Made by a program: the position numbers and the translations under genes. The notes under the pieces are model-generated. The model did not search any database and was not told where the DNA came from. It saw only the letters and a list, made by a program, of their open reading frames with translations. Below are positions 10,334-20,026 of a DNA stretch of 64,000 nucleotides, piece after piece. The DNA comes from Patescibacteria group bacterium (GTDB taxonomy: Bacteria > Patescibacteriota > Microgenomatia > UBA1400 > PJMF01): NCBI GenBank assembly GCA_039934415.1, contig JBDTME010000001.1, positions 137,417 through 201,416 on the forward strand. Reading direction: 5' to 3'. Every line of letters starts with the position of its first letter. Positions within the stretch are counted from its first letter, which is position 1.

Positions 10334-11246
10334 GTCGCAGTATTATACCAAAAAGGACGATCCGAAGTAAGCAGCCAAGCCTCAGGATCTTTCTAGTCAA
10401 TTTAGCCTTCCAGGCAGGAAAATGCTTTTGGGCCAGATGATTCAAGCCAATCAATTCACCGAGTGTCGCTCGAGCGGGAGAACTGCTTGCGGATCCAAAA
10501 TGAGTAATTTCCGTACTCGGAGTATATACTATATCCCAGTGATGATGACGTGCCCTTAAGCAGTACTCGACATCCTCTGAGTACATGAAAATGCCTTCAT
10601 CGAGTAAGCCTATCTGATTAATGACTTCACGTCTAATCATCATTGCTGTTCCGCCTAACCATCCAATCGCCTGTTCAGTGTCAAAGAATGCATCATGTTC
10701 AATGTGGTAGCTCCATCGTGAAGGAAAAATGGCTAAACTTGCTGGCAAAGGTAATAACCACCATAGGATTATTGTCCAAAGATTTGGGAGTGCGCCTCCT
10801 TGTTTTTGAAGTGTGCCATCGAGATTAAGTAACTTGCAACTGATGATGCCAACTTTGTCGAGTGAATTATTTTGAGCTTGTTCGGCTGTGTTTTTATCTG
10901 GATAGCGTGTGAAGACGTTTAGCAACTCTCTGATTGCGTGCGGATGAACCGTTGTGTCAGAGTTCAATAAAAAAATGTATGTCCCTTTAGATCTACGTAT
11001 TCCGATATTATTTGCTTGAGCGAAACCTAGATTATCAGAGTTCGCAATAAGCGTAATGTGTTCGTGGAAGAGTTTTTTTAATTGATGAATTGAAGTATCC
11101 GTCGAATGATTATCAATGACAATCAGTTCACCATCGATGTTAGAGTGAATATACTCATCAAGTACAGACTGAACAGCTTGGCAAGTCAAATCTGCAGTGT
11201 TATAGGAAACAATAATAGTGGAAATGAGTGGAGCAGGACTTTTCAT
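10269..11246 (-). CDS. GT2 glycosyltransferase (rhamnosyltransferase-like subgroup)
   Basis: IIVSYN, DNHSTD, NLGFAQANNIG, LLNSD and FMYSEDVEYC motifs. Confidence 0.88.
   Translation of the reverse strand: MKSPAPLISTIIVSYNTADLTCQAVQSVLDEYIHSNIDGELIVIDNHSTDTSIHQLKKLFHEHITLIANSDNLGFAQANNIGIRRSKGTYIFLLNSDTTVHPHAIRELLNVFTRYPDKNTAEQAQNNSLDKVGIISCKLLNLDGTLQKQGGALPNLWTIILWWLLPLPASLAIFPSRWSYHIEHDAFFDTEQAIGWLGGTAMMIRREVINQIGLLDEGIFMYSEDVEYCLRARHHHWDIVYTPSTEITHFGSASSSPARATLGELIGLNHLAQKHFPAWKAKLTRKILRLGCLLRIVLFGIILRHAEKKKIYQEAFNRLSTTSKN
10342..10350 (-). promoter_or_regulatory. Extended -10 element (TGgTATAAT) inside the upstream GT2 gene; near-leaderless start
   Basis: The minus strand reads TGG TATAAT actgcgac ATG, with 8 nt to ATG 10333. 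Confidence 0.6.
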
Positions 11247-11839
11247 TATTGGAACCAGCGGGCTCGCCCCAGTCTATAATTCAATTCTTTAGCTGTTCTT
11301 TTTTTCAGTTCCTTAGCTGGTACTCCACCAACGATACTCATTGTTGGAACGTCTTTAGTGACAACTGCCCCAGCTGCAATTATTGCGCCTCGCCCTATTG
11401 TGACTCCAGGTAAAATAATAGCTCGCGGACCAATGAAGACGTAGTCTTCAATAATAACCTTAGCTTCAATAGCATGAAAATCATTCGAGTTTACATCGTG
11501 CTGGCTTGTCCAGATCATCACTTCAGATGCAATGTCAACATGGTTGCCTATTTTTAATCCACCTTGCGAGTTTAGTAACTGCTTACGACCATCTAATGTT
11601 GCTTTCTCCCCTATGATCGTATCTTCACCAATGGAAATATGCCGTGGGTCGTAAATTCGTGCCATCATGTGAATTGTCGAGCCATGACCAATTCTCATGC
11701 CGAATAGTCGATAGAAAAACCGACGAATGTGATGAAAGGGAACAAAACCTACACCCCACCATAAAAATCCAGTGACGAACTCGAGAATGATCGTGTCTAT
11801 CCGGCGGTAAATTTTTTGATGGATTGGAAGTGTGCTCAT
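11246..11839 (-). CDS. Hexapeptide-repeat (LbH) sugar O-acetyltransferase
   Basis: IGEDTIIG and IGPRAIILPGVTIGRGAIIAAGAVVTKDVP..VGGVPA repeats. Confidence 0.88.
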   Translation of the reverse strand: MSTLPIHQKIYRRIDTIILEFVTGFLWWGVGFVPFHHIRRFFYRLFGMRIGHGSTIHMMARIYDPRHISIGEDTIIGEKATLDGRKQLLNSQGGLKIGNHVDIASEVMIWTSQHDVNSNDFHAIEAKVIIEDYVFIGPRAIILPGVTIGRGAIIAAGAVVTKDVPTMSIVGGVPAKELKKRTAKELNYRLGRARWFQ

Positions 11840-11863
11840 AAGTGAAATTGGATATACACTTAG

Positions 11864-11872
11864 ATTCTAGCA
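11864..11872 (-). promoter_or_regulatory. Extended -10 element upstream of the acetyltransferase
   Basis: Minus strand TGc TAGAAT, 24 nt before ATG 11839. Confidence 0.45.
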
Positions 11873-11875
11873 CAC

Positions 11876-12883
11876 CTACTCATCCTCTTTTTTAGTGTAT
11901 TTCTTCCCAAGATGCTCGTAAGCGTGTCTAGTGACAACTCTCCCTCTTGGAGTTCGTTTTAAAAATCCAATTTGAATGAGATAAGGTTCTAAGACTTCCT
12001 CTATCGTAATAGTATCCTCACTCAAAGTTGCAGCGATGGTAGAAAGTCCAACAGGTCCCCCATTATGGCGAAGAATCAATTGTTCCAGTAGTCTTCGGTC
12101 AGAGTGGTCTAGACCATAGGTATCAATTGCAAACATGTCCAGGGCTTTACTTACTTCTGTTAAAGAGATTGCACCATCTGACATCATCTGAGCATAATCA
12201 CGAATACGTTTAAGTAATTTTAGAGCTATGCGAGGCGTGCCTCTTGAGCGTTGGCCAATTTCAAGTGCTGCTGCGTCGTCAATTTTAACATTTAACTTTT
12301 GAGCAGCTTTTAAAGCTATTGTCTTTAACTCTTCAGGCTTGTAGTACTCCAGCCGATGAATCAAGCCAAACCGATCCCGAAACGGTCCGGCTAATGCTCC
12401 AAATCGAGTCGTTGCTCCGACCAAAGTAAAGCGGGGCAAATCAAGTCGAACAGTTCTAGCTGAGGGACCTTTTCCTAAAATGATATCGAGAGCAAAATCT
12501 TCCATGGCTGGATACAATGTTTCTTCAACTGTTTTTGGAAGGCGATGAATCTCATCAATAAATAAAATGTCACCATCCTCCAAGTTAGTGAGAATTGCAG
12601 CGAGATCACCAGGTTTTGTTAGCGCAGTTCCTGATGTGATCCGAATGTTTTTATCCATTTCCTTTGCAATTAAATGGGACAACGTGGTTTTCCCCAATCC
12701 TGGTGGACCATAAAACAAAGTGTGATCCATAACTTCTTCTCTTTGTTTTGCAGCAGTCAAGGAAATTTGCAAAGATTTTTTGATAGTTTCCTGTCCCAAA
12801 AATTCATCCCAACTTTTAGCTCTCAGCGAGATAAGAAGGATTTCGTCTTCAGGTGTTGTAGATTCGAAAGGAGTATCTGTCAT
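11876..12883 (-). CDS. ruvB: Holliday junction branch-migration helicase RuvB
   Basis: GPPGLGKTTL, FIDEIHRL, GATTR, RGTPRIA and RTPRGR motifs. Confidence 0.98.
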   Translation of the reverse strand: MTDTPFESTTPEDEILLISLRAKSWDEFLGQETIKKSLQISLTAAKQREEVMDHTLFYGPPGLGKTTLSHLIAKEMDKNIRITSGTALTKPGDLAAILTNLEDGDILFIDEIHRLPKTVEETLYPAMEDFALDIILGKGPSARTVRLDLPRFTLVGATTRFGALAGPFRDRFGLIHRLEYYKPEELKTIALKAAQKLNVKIDDAAALEIGQRSRGTPRIALKLLKRIRDYAQMMSDGAISLTEVSKALDMFAIDTYGLDHSDRRLLEQLILRHNGGPVGLSTIAATLSEDTITIEEVLEPYLIQIGFLKRTPRGRVVTRHAYEHLGKKYTKKEDE

Positions 12884-13446
12884 TTCGATAACTGTTTTAT
12901 GGCTAATTTAATCACTGATTGGATGCTCATTGCATCATAGTCTATATGTTGCAAAGCCCTGTAAATCTCATCTGTGCCATAACCAAAGTTTTCCAAAGCA
13001 GCTACAACGTCTGCGTATTGTTGAGATTCTGGTTTGAGATCCAACTCTTTGAGGGTGCCTAATTTGGAACGCAGATCAATAATGATTTTCTGTGCTAGCT
13101 TTTTGCCTACTCTTGGAATTTGAGTAAAAAAACCAATATCAGCCTGTTGTACTGCTTGAGTAATTGGCTCCACTCCCCGGTCAGCTATATGCAGCGCTGA
13201 CTTTGGGCCGATTCCGGAAACACTCAATAAGTACTCAAATAATACTTGGTCAGAGGGTGACAAAAAGCCGTAGAAAGAAATTTCATCTTCTCTGACGTGT
13301 GTGTGTATACATAATTCTACTGTTGGTTTATGTAACAGCTGACTGAGTGTGGATGTACCAACATTGACGGCATATCCGACGCCAGCAACGTCAATAATAA
13401 GTTGTTTTCCTAGTAATTTGGGAATACCTCGTAAGCTACCAATCAT
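12880..13446 (-). CDS. ruvA: Holliday junction DNA-binding protein RuvA
   Basis: MIGSLRG, GVGY, HVREDE..YGF, HhH motif VSGIGPKSAL; synteny with ruvB and ruvC. Confidence 0.96.
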   Translation of the reverse strand: MIGSLRGIPKLLGKQLIIDVAGVGYAVNVGTSTLSQLLHKPTVELCIHTHVREDEISFYGFLSPSDQVLFEYLLSVSGIGPKSALHIADRGVEPITQAVQQADIGFFTQIPRVGKKLAQKIIIDLRSKLGTLKELDLKPESQQYADVVAALENFGYGTDEIYRALQHIDYDAMSIQSVIKLAIKQLSK

Positions 13447-13503
13447 AGTTCGGTCTTTATTCGTTTTTTTAACTATACAAGCTAACCTTCATCTCGTGAA
13501 GCT

Positions 13504-14004
13504 CTAGATATTATTTGCTTTTTTTGTCTTTTTACAAACTTGATGTGTCAATCCTATCGCGAGTGCGTCCAAAGTATCATCAAGCAATTTCTCACTCGCA
13601 GGGATTTTCAACTGTAATCGAACCATTTTTTCAATTGCTTTTTTATCAGCCTTGCCATTACCAGTGGCTGCCTGTTTTACTTCAATTGGAGAGTACTCAA
13701 AAATTTTCATGCTATGTTGTAAGCATAAGCCTGTGATTGCACCACGAACTTCAGCTACTCTCATCGCGGTTTTGACGTTTTTAGAAAAAAACAGAGTTTC
13801 AATTGCTAAATCAGTCGGTTGATAGAGTTGAATCATTTTCTCTAGAAATGATATGACTTGAGAAAGCCTTTGAAAGAAAGTTTCATTTTTGTTTGTTTCT
13901 ATGCTCCCGTATTGAAAGCTAGCCTGATCTAATTTGCCAATGACTACCGCCCAACCACAACGATCATAACCTGGATCGATAGCAAGAATTGTAGGAGTAC
14001 TCAT
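13504..14004 (-). CDS. ruvC: Crossover junction endodeoxyribonuclease RuvC
   Basis: ILAIDPG, AIETLFFSKN, VAEVRG, GNGKADK and DDTLDALAIG motifs. Confidence 0.96.
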   Translation of the reverse strand: MSTPTILAIDPGYDRCGWAVVIGKLDQASFQYGSIETNKNETFFQRLSQVISFLEKMIQLYQPTDLAIETLFFSKNVKTAMRVAEVRGAITGLCLQHSMKIFEYSPIEVKQAATGNGKADKKAIEKMVRLQLKIPASEKLLDDTLDALAIGLTHQVCKKTKKANNI

Positions 14005-15209
14005 TTGTTAAGAGTAGTAAAAATGTCTAACAACTTTTTTGCACTCAGTTCCCATGTGAATTTTTTGAGTTGATTGTCTGCTCGTTTCTCAAATTCCTTA
14101 CGTTCTTTCTGATTCAAATTCAGAGCTTTGTCGATTCCTTTCATGACATGAATAGAATTGTAGGGATTTACCAATACCCCAGCTTCACCAACAACTTCTG
14201 GCAAGCTAGTAGTTTCTGAAACTACAGGTACAACGTGGAATAACAATGATTCCAGTGCAGGCATTCCAAACCCTTCATGGATCCCAATCAATATTGAACA
14301 AAGAGCATGGGTGTACAGTATAGTTTTTTCCTCTTCATCTACATAACCTGTTAAAATAATATCTGACTTGCATACACTTTTTTTAATTCTATTTAAAATA
14401 GGTTCGGCTAGCCAGCCAGTTTTTCCAGCTATAACGAGTTTTAAGTCTCTCAGCGGATGATTGATCCTTTGATTTTTTCTTTTCTTTCTTTTTCCACTAG
14501 TAGTAAGTTGTTTGACTTCACTTTGATATTTCAGTTTTAAATGCTCAAAAGCCTCAACGAGTTGAACAATGTTTTTTCGTGGTTGTAATGTTCCCACGTA
14601 TAAAATATATGGTGCGTCGATTTTAAATTTATGAAATACCGTCTGACGCATATTTTGATTTTCTCGATGAGAAATTTGTGCATTCATCGCAGGATAAATA
14701 ACGGAAATTTTTTCCGGTTGTATTTTGTATTGTTTCTGCAAATCTTGTTTTGTGTACTCGCTAATGGCCACAATACGTTTTGCTTTCTGAACTGAGTACT
14801 TAGTCCATAGCTTGAGTTGCCAGTAGTCTTTCAGTTTGAATTGGCGAGGAAAATGAAGAAATCCTAGATCCATAACGCAGGAAACATACGGAATTGGGCA
14901 TAATCGAGGAGCGTAGTGTCCTGGTGTGAAAAACAGATCGAGTTCTTTTCGCATCTTAAATAATGCTAGAGGTAATCCCCATTGTGTAGCGAAGGCTTTT
15001 GGTTTGATCCAATGATAGGTCCAGCCAGTGCGCTCTTCCGGCATACCTTGTACTGGCTTGTTTGTCAGAAAGATCGTAAATATAAAATCGGCGTTATTTC
15101 GTGTTTGCTCCTCAATCTGTTTCATCAATTCAAAAGCATACACGTTGCTACCAACTCGGTTGTCTACATTAGCCTCATTGCCATCAATGCCTATCCGGAA
15201 ATTACTCAT
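14001..15209 (-). CDS. GT4 glycosyltransferase (MtfB/WbpY mannosyltransferase-like)
   Basis: RVGSNVY, VGTLQPRKN, EGFGMPALES and TSLPEV motifs. Confidence 0.88.
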   Translation of the reverse strand: MSNFRIGIDGNEANVDNRVGSNVYAFELMKQIEEQTRNNADFIFTIFLTNKPVQGMPEERTGWTYHWIKPKAFATQWGLPLALFKMRKELDLFFTPGHYAPRLCPIPYVSCVMDLGFLHFPRQFKLKDYWQLKLWTKYSVQKAKRIVAISEYTKQDLQKQYKIQPEKISVIYPAMNAQISHRENQNMRQTVFHKFKIDAPYILYVGTLQPRKNIVQLVEAFEHLKLKYQSEVKQLTTSGKRKKRKNQRINHPLRDLKLVIAGKTGWLAEPILNRIKKSVCKSDIILTGYVDEEEKTILYTHALCSILIGIHEGFGMPALESLLFHVVPVVSETTSLPEVVGEAGVLVNPYNSIHVMKGIDKALNLNQKERKEFEKRADNQLKKFTWELSAKKLLDIFTTLNK

Positions 15210-16336
15210 ATGGTCGCCCTCTCTTCCACTGCTCTGCGATACACTTTAATGGTTTTTTCGGCGGTCGTATCCCAGTTGAATAGTTGAAGTTGCAATTTCA
15301 TAGCTTGTCTACGATGTTCTCGTTCACTGCTATCTTCATTCAATAACTGCTCTAAACCGGTTCGGATACTTTCCACTTCTAGTGGATCGATCAGTTTTGC
15401 AGCTATGCCGCTAATTTCAGACATAGCAGAATTTTGCGAAGTAAGTACCGGTGTCCGATACGAAAACGCTTCTAGAATTGGTAAACCAAAACCTTCATAT
15501 AGTGAAGGATATGCAAAAACTTTAGCATTCTTAAATAAAGTGGTGAGAGTCTTATTTCCAACTCCTCCAAGCAAATGCAGACCTTCTGTCTCTGGATCAA
15601 TTTCTACACCCCACTGCGTCTTGCCTGCAATAACAAGGTCGTACTCTTTTTGGAAAGGTCTCCAGGCTTCAACTAAACGCTCAACATTCTTTCGAGGTTC
15701 GAGCGAGCCCACGAATAAAATAAATGGTTTTGATATGTTAACTTTTTTTAATAAGGCATCTTGTTCTTCTCTTGATAACGAGAGCTGATGTTCAGCTGGT
15801 AACGCTTCATAAACGAGGTGAACTTTCTCTGGTTTGAATCCTAATAGTTCAATGACATCTTTTTTAGTGGCATGACTGACAGCGATAACATGGGAATCAG
15901 TTTGCTTTAGTCTTTTCCAAGCAGCTTGATGTTTTGATAAGGTACTAGGATGTGCTGTCTCAGGAAATTTCAAAATAGCTAGGTCGTGAATGGTTGCTAC
16001 GATTGGAACCGTACTGGCTGGTGGTATTAATTCTTCCCATGCATGGTAGACATCGGTTTTTTCAATGATTGATTCAATTGGTGGCCAGCTGAGTTGATAC
16101 CAAAGTGTGGGCCAAATACTTGGAGGGAGCGGTAATACTTTTGAGTTACTTAACTTCTTATGCTCTTCAATAAATTTTCGAAGCATAGGCTGCTGGCGTA
16201 GCGAACTACCAAATGCGCTAATTTTAACGTCATTTTGTCTAAGTAATGCACTCACCAAATTTGTCGTATAAAAGGAGACGCCTCGTTTGTAGACAATAGG
16301 TGAGATATCAATCGTGATGTTGAGTGTTGTCGGCAA
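15206..16336 (-). CDS. GT4 glycosyltransferase (MtfB-like)
   Basis: TIHDL, VGSLEPRKN and YPSLYEGFGLPILEA. Probable TTG start at 16336 after an AAAGGTGG RBS-like motif (the ORF track extends to 16432). Confidence 0.85.
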   Translation of the reverse strand: MPTTLNITIDISPIVYKRGVSFYTTNLVSALLRQNDVKISAFGSSLRQQPMLRKFIEEHKKLSNSKVLPLPPSIWPTLWYQLSWPPIESIIEKTDVYHAWEELIPPASTVPIVATIHDLAILKFPETAHPSTLSKHQAAWKRLKQTDSHVIAVSHATKKDVIELLGFKPEKVHLVYEALPAEHQLSLSREEQDALLKKVNISKPFILFVGSLEPRKNVERLVEAWRPFQKEYDLVIAGKTQWGVEIDPETEGLHLLGGVGNKTLTTLFKNAKVFAYPSLYEGFGLPILEAFSYRTPVLTSQNSAMSEISGIAAKLIDPLEVESIRTGLEQLLNEDSSEREHRRQAMKLQLQLFNWDTTAEKTIKVYRRAVEERATI

Positions 16337-17831
16337 AACTGCCACCTTTCGTGAAAACTCGGACAAACCCAAGATTGGGTTCGTCAAAGAGCTGACCTGG
16401 TTGGTAATTATATTGTAGTAAATACTGTTCAATGTAATGATTTGGATCAGTCAGGTCAGTTAAATAATCAAAAACGATCACGTTCTGATAATCCAGTGCT
16501 CGAACCATATTCGGTTCAACCTGAGAGAACTCTGTTTTAGTTGTGGTACCCACATTAATCGTCGAAAATGGTTGATGGGTATACCAGTCCCAAGGTGAAA
16601 AAGGATGATCAAAACCGAACACAATGACTGTGTTTGTTGAAGAAAACTGACCATCAATAGTTCTGATTACAGTTCTCCAATCTTCCCTATGGTATTGTGG
16701 ATCCATGAAATATGAAAAAGTCCCAAAGAGATGAGTAGCCACTAATATGCTCAGCAAGCCAACAGCGGCAAGCTTAGTCCTTTTCCATTCCCAACCATAC
16801 ACCACCATAGTAGCGAGTAACAGTTCCATTGCTGGTAAAGCGAATAAGACTCTTTTAGGTTGCAGTACTGGCAAGAAGAAAGAAAAAATCCAAATTGAAA
16901 ATACTGGAAGAACGAACCAGCACCCGACGACTAAACTGGTGGTCATGCCAATTCGTTTACGTAAACTCCATAGTAGAAATAGTAATGTAATAATGAAAAT
17001 GAGACTAATCGAGATAAAAACTATGTTGGTTTCCAAGTTTATTACTCCAAATAAAAACTTTCCAAAAACAAGTTGTAATGCCTTGAGCTGAGGGGTACTG
17101 ACCACCATTTCCCATGTTGGTGTTTGAGTGCGCAGATGAGCACTCACTTGCAGTTGTTCTTTGAGGAAAGGTAACCATGGCAAGAAGGCGATTGTAGTGA
17201 TAACACCTGAAATTACTGCTTGTCTGACATGAACCACATTTCGACGTGTGCATAAAAACAAAAGCTGACCGATGAGTGCAAAAGGATAAAGATAAGTTGA
17301 GTACAAGCCTGCAATACTAGTGAAAATAAACAGGATGAGGAGCTTTGGTTTTATAATTGAGTGTTCACTCATATACAAGACTAGTAACCAGCCCAAAGCA
17401 GCCCAAAGTCCTGTTAATGCATAGGGCCGAAGCTCTTGCGAATAAAATAGATGAAAAGGGTTAAAAGATAACAGCAATGCCGTCAAAATAGCTATTTTTT
17501 GGTTTGTCAGCTTCTTTGCTATCAAGTAGGTCACCCAAATCATTACAAGTCCATCTGAAAGTGGACTAAGTCGGAGCCACCATTCTGAATGACTAACTAC
17601 CGTCATGAAATGAGTAATTAGGTGCATTAGAGGTGGTTGAAAATCTTCTTTGATCATGAGCTGCTGAGACAGAGGTCGTGCACTCTCAATTGCTTGTGCT
17701 GCCTCATCAAGCCAGAAGGAACCATTGAGCAAGGGAATTCTGAGGAGGAATGCTAAGATCAAAATTGGCCATATAAACCAACTTTTTGAGCTATTCTCCA
17801 GGCTAAAACTAAGTTTCGGATTTTTTTTCAC
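16308..17831 (-). CDS. GT-C-fold membrane glycosyltransferase (PMT/GT39-like)
   Basis: SFWLDEA acidic loop, PPL, YSQELRPYAL and REDWR; many TM helices. Confidence 0.8.
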   Translation of the reverse strand: MKKNPKLSFSLENSSKSWFIWPILILAFLLRIPLLNGSFWLDEAAQAIESARPLSQQLMIKEDFQPPLMHLITHFMTVVSHSEWWLRLSPLSDGLVMIWVTYLIAKKLTNQKIAILTALLLSFNPFHLFYSQELRPYALTGLWAALGWLLVLYMSEHSIIKPKLLILFIFTSIAGLYSTYLYPFALIGQLLFLCTRRNVVHVRQAVISGVITTIAFLPWLPFLKEQLQVSAHLRTQTPTWEMVVSTPQLKALQLVFGKFLFGVINLETNIVFISISLIFIITLLFLLWSLRKRIGMTTSLVVGCWFVLPVFSIWIFSFFLPVLQPKRVLFALPAMELLLATMVVYGWEWKRTKLAAVGLLSILVATHLFGTFSYFMDPQYHREDWRTVIRTIDGQFSSTNTVIVFGFDHPFSPWDWYTHQPFSTINVGTTTKTEFSQVEPNMVRALDYQNVIVFDYLTDLTDPNHYIEQYLLQYNYQPGQLFDEPNLGFVRVFTKGGSFADNTQHHD

Positions 17832-17916
17832 AGATATTCAATAGTATACCTGTAAAACTGCATCAGCCCAACTCTGGCTTATTTTCTTCATCAGTTTCCC
17901 TATAAATATGTCTTTG

Positions 17917-17925
17917 TGGTATAAT
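17917..17925 (+). promoter_or_regulatory. Consensus extended -10 element; leaderless start
   Basis: TGgTATAAT followed by 7 nt and ATG 17933. Confidence 0.65.
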
Positions 17926-17932
17926 CCCGATC

Positions 17933-18271
17933 ATGAAGTACGCCTGGTGGGTCATCTTCTTCTTATCCATCTTTTTATTCTGCACACAACGGGTTGCTGC
18001 AGTTGAGATTAGTGGTTTTGATCCCACCTCTCCTTACGTTGTTCATTCAGTGCCACTCATAGTCTCAGAACCTTTTGTGCCAGTCCTTGCTCCGACAGTT
18101 GCACCTATGCCAGGGACAATTGCTGACACTTCTGTGACAGTTGAATCACAGACTGAAGTGCAAACTGTGACTGACATTTCATATGATAATCAGAAAACCT
18201 ATGAGTCTTTCTTTACTAAAATGGGCAAAGAACTATCTTCACTGGTTTCTAAAATAAAAGCCGCAATGTAA
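17933..18271 (+). CDS. Small secreted Pro/Thr/Ser/Val-rich hypothetical protein
   Basis: Signal-peptide-like N-terminus (MKYAWWVIFFLSIFLFCTQRVAA), low-complexity middle, amphipathic C-terminal helix, own promoter. Confidence 0.7.
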   Translation: MKYAWWVIFFLSIFLFCTQRVAAVEISGFDPTSPYVVHSVPLIVSEPFVPVLAPTVAPMPGTIADTSVTVESQTEVQTVTDISYDNQKTYESFFTKMGKELSSLVSKIKAAM

Positions 18272-18341
18272 ATCAGGTCTCATCGTTTTTTTCTTTTTCA
18301 GATAACACCCTTATTGCTTGTTTCTAAGCTACAATATACTT

Positions 18342-18812
18342 ATGTCCCTTCACTCCTCTATCCCTAGAATTCCATTCACTGCTGATGCATATGCCAAGAT
18401 GCAGGCAGAGTATCGAGAGTTGTTGAAGGAGCAGGATGAGCTAGTAGTCAGAGTAAACACTGCTCGATTAATGGGTGACTTGTCAGAGAACGGTGCGTAT
18501 AAATATGGCAAGATTGAGTTGGGAAATGTGCGACATCGTCTACGAGATTTGAAACACCTGATTACACATGGCGAAGTGGTTACTGCTTCGAAGTCAGGTT
18601 TCATTAGTTTTGGAAGCACTATAACTTTACAAAATGCTGCAAAAAAAATGACGTTCACTCTTGTAAGTGAGTTTGAATCTGATCCAGCGCAGGGAAAACT
18701 CTCCGACTCAAGCCCAATAGGTCAAGCTGTCAAAGGAAAAAAGATTGGTGATAGCGTAGTAGTTGTAACTCCGAATGGTGAGATGATGTACGAGATTGCT
18801 TCAGTTGAGTAA
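18342..18812 (+). CDS. greA: Transcription elongation factor GreA/GreB family
   Basis: GDLSENGAY with both acidic residues, and LSDSSPIGQAV. TACAAT lies 6 nt before ATG 18342. Confidence 0.9.
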   Translation: MSLHSSIPRIPFTADAYAKMQAEYRELLKEQDELVVRVNTARLMGDLSENGAYKYGKIELGNVRHRLRDLKHLITHGEVVTASKSGFISFGSTITLQNAAKKMTFTLVSEFESDPAQGKLSDSSPIGQAVKGKKIGDSVVVVTPNGEMMYEIASVE

Positions 18813-19124
18813 ATGAATGTTTACTTCGGTTTTCAACATTTCCACTAACTCTGGATCCATATACTGATACTCGTCAGGAATATTGAGATTGACTATTTTT
18901 TTGTCTTTCATCTCAATTTGGAAATTTTCTTCTAAATATTCACGATGCTTTTTTTCCATTACAAAAATGATGTCAGCCCACTGAAGATCTTTTGAATTAA
19001 TATGATGAGCCGCACTTCCTGAAGTACCTGCCGAGCGAACTGATAATCCCGAAACAGTTTTGAAAATGTGTTCAGCGGTTGGGCTTCTATATTGATTGTA
19101 GGTACAAATGAAAAGAAGATTCAT
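18801..19124 (-). CDS. Low-molecular-weight protein-tyrosine-phosphatase-like protein
   Basis: LFICTYNQYRSPTAE (CX5R P-loop), RSAGT, WADIIFVME and IPDEY. ATG 19124; TTG 19136 is an alternative start. Confidence 0.85.
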   Translation of the reverse strand: MNLLFICTYNQYRSPTAEHIFKTVSGLSVRSAGTSGSAAHHINSKDLQWADIIFVMEKKHREYLEENFQIEMKDKKIVNLNIPDEYQYMDPELVEMLKTEVNIHLLN

Positions 19125-19145
19125 AAAATATTTCAAAACTATTTT

Positions 19146-20018
19146 CTAGTAGAACAACTCCCCTTTCCAATCGTCACTGACCTGAAGCGTAGCATCCGCA
19201 TTGACGATCAGATATTCTGCTTTTAACTCACTAGCTATTTCAGCATAATTTTCAGCTGGTGCAAAACTGAGACACGAGGTCATCTGGTCAGCTAAAAATG
19301 TTGAAGAAGAAATTGCAGCGTTTCCGAGCATCGAGGATACTGGTTTGCCCGTAGAAGCATTAACGAGGTGATGCCAGTTTTTCCATGCCCGTTTAAAGAT
19401 GTCCGAAACAGCAAGCCCTTGATTTTGGAGTCCGACAATTCCGATGGCAGTATCAGGCTTACCAGGATATTCGATGGCAACTTGCCAAGGTGAACCATCT
19501 CTTTTTTGTGTTCCAAACATGTCTCCACCACCTTCAACAAGATGATTCATGAACTTGTGTTTTTTCAAAATATTACTGATTTGGTCTATCCAGTATCCCT
19601 TACCGATGCCGCCGACGTCGAAAACTATAGGTCCATCTGTAATTAAAATTGTCTTGTGCACTGACCACTTGGGTGGTTTCCATTCTATTGTCTTTGGTGC
19701 TTTGCCAAAATTGTAATCTTGGTCATAACCAATTTCTTCAAAAAGCGTGGCAACACTCACATCAAACGCGCCATCACTCAATATACTTATTCTCTGTCCT
19801 GCTTGCAGCATCATAGCTAAAGTCTCGGAAATCTCATACTCACCTTGTTGTGCGTGACGAAATTTATTTGCTTCACTTGTAGAGATGAAACGAGAATACT
19901 GTTGATCGAACTGGTTCGTTTGTTCAAAAATATCTGTTATGACATTTTGTGGCAATTGTTCCACATCGACAGACACCTGCCAATGTGTACCCATCGATTC
20001 GAAAGAAAGGTTGAACAT
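19146..20018 (-). CDS. apbE: FAD:protein FMN transferase (ApbE), no signal peptide
   Basis: MGT, YSRF..SE, GAFDVSV, DVGGIGKGY, EGGGD and HHLVN. No hydrophobic N-terminus, and an in-frame stop upstream rules out an extension. Confidence 0.9.
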   Translation of the reverse strand: MFNLSFESMGTHWQVSVDVEQLPQNVITDIFEQTNQFDQQYSRFISTSEANKFRHAQQGEYEISETLAMMLQAGQRISILSDGAFDVSVATLFEEIGYDQDYNFGKAPKTIEWKPPKWSVHKTILITDGPIVFDVGGIGKGYWIDQISNILKKHKFMNHLVEGGGDMFGTQKRDGSPWQVAIEYPGKPDTAIGIVGLQNQGLAVSDIFKRAWKNWHHLVNASTGKPVSSMLGNAAISSSTFLADQMTSCLSFAPAENYAEIASELKAEYLIVNADATLQVSDDWKGELFY

Positions 20019-20026
20019 AGCAGAAA

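Noticed and set aside
13504-14004. RuvC as a Cas/TnpB-type nuclease or transposase
   Set aside because: It is a canonical 166-aa resolvase in ruvC-ruvA-ruvB order, and I saw no CRISPR repeats or IS ends in the window.
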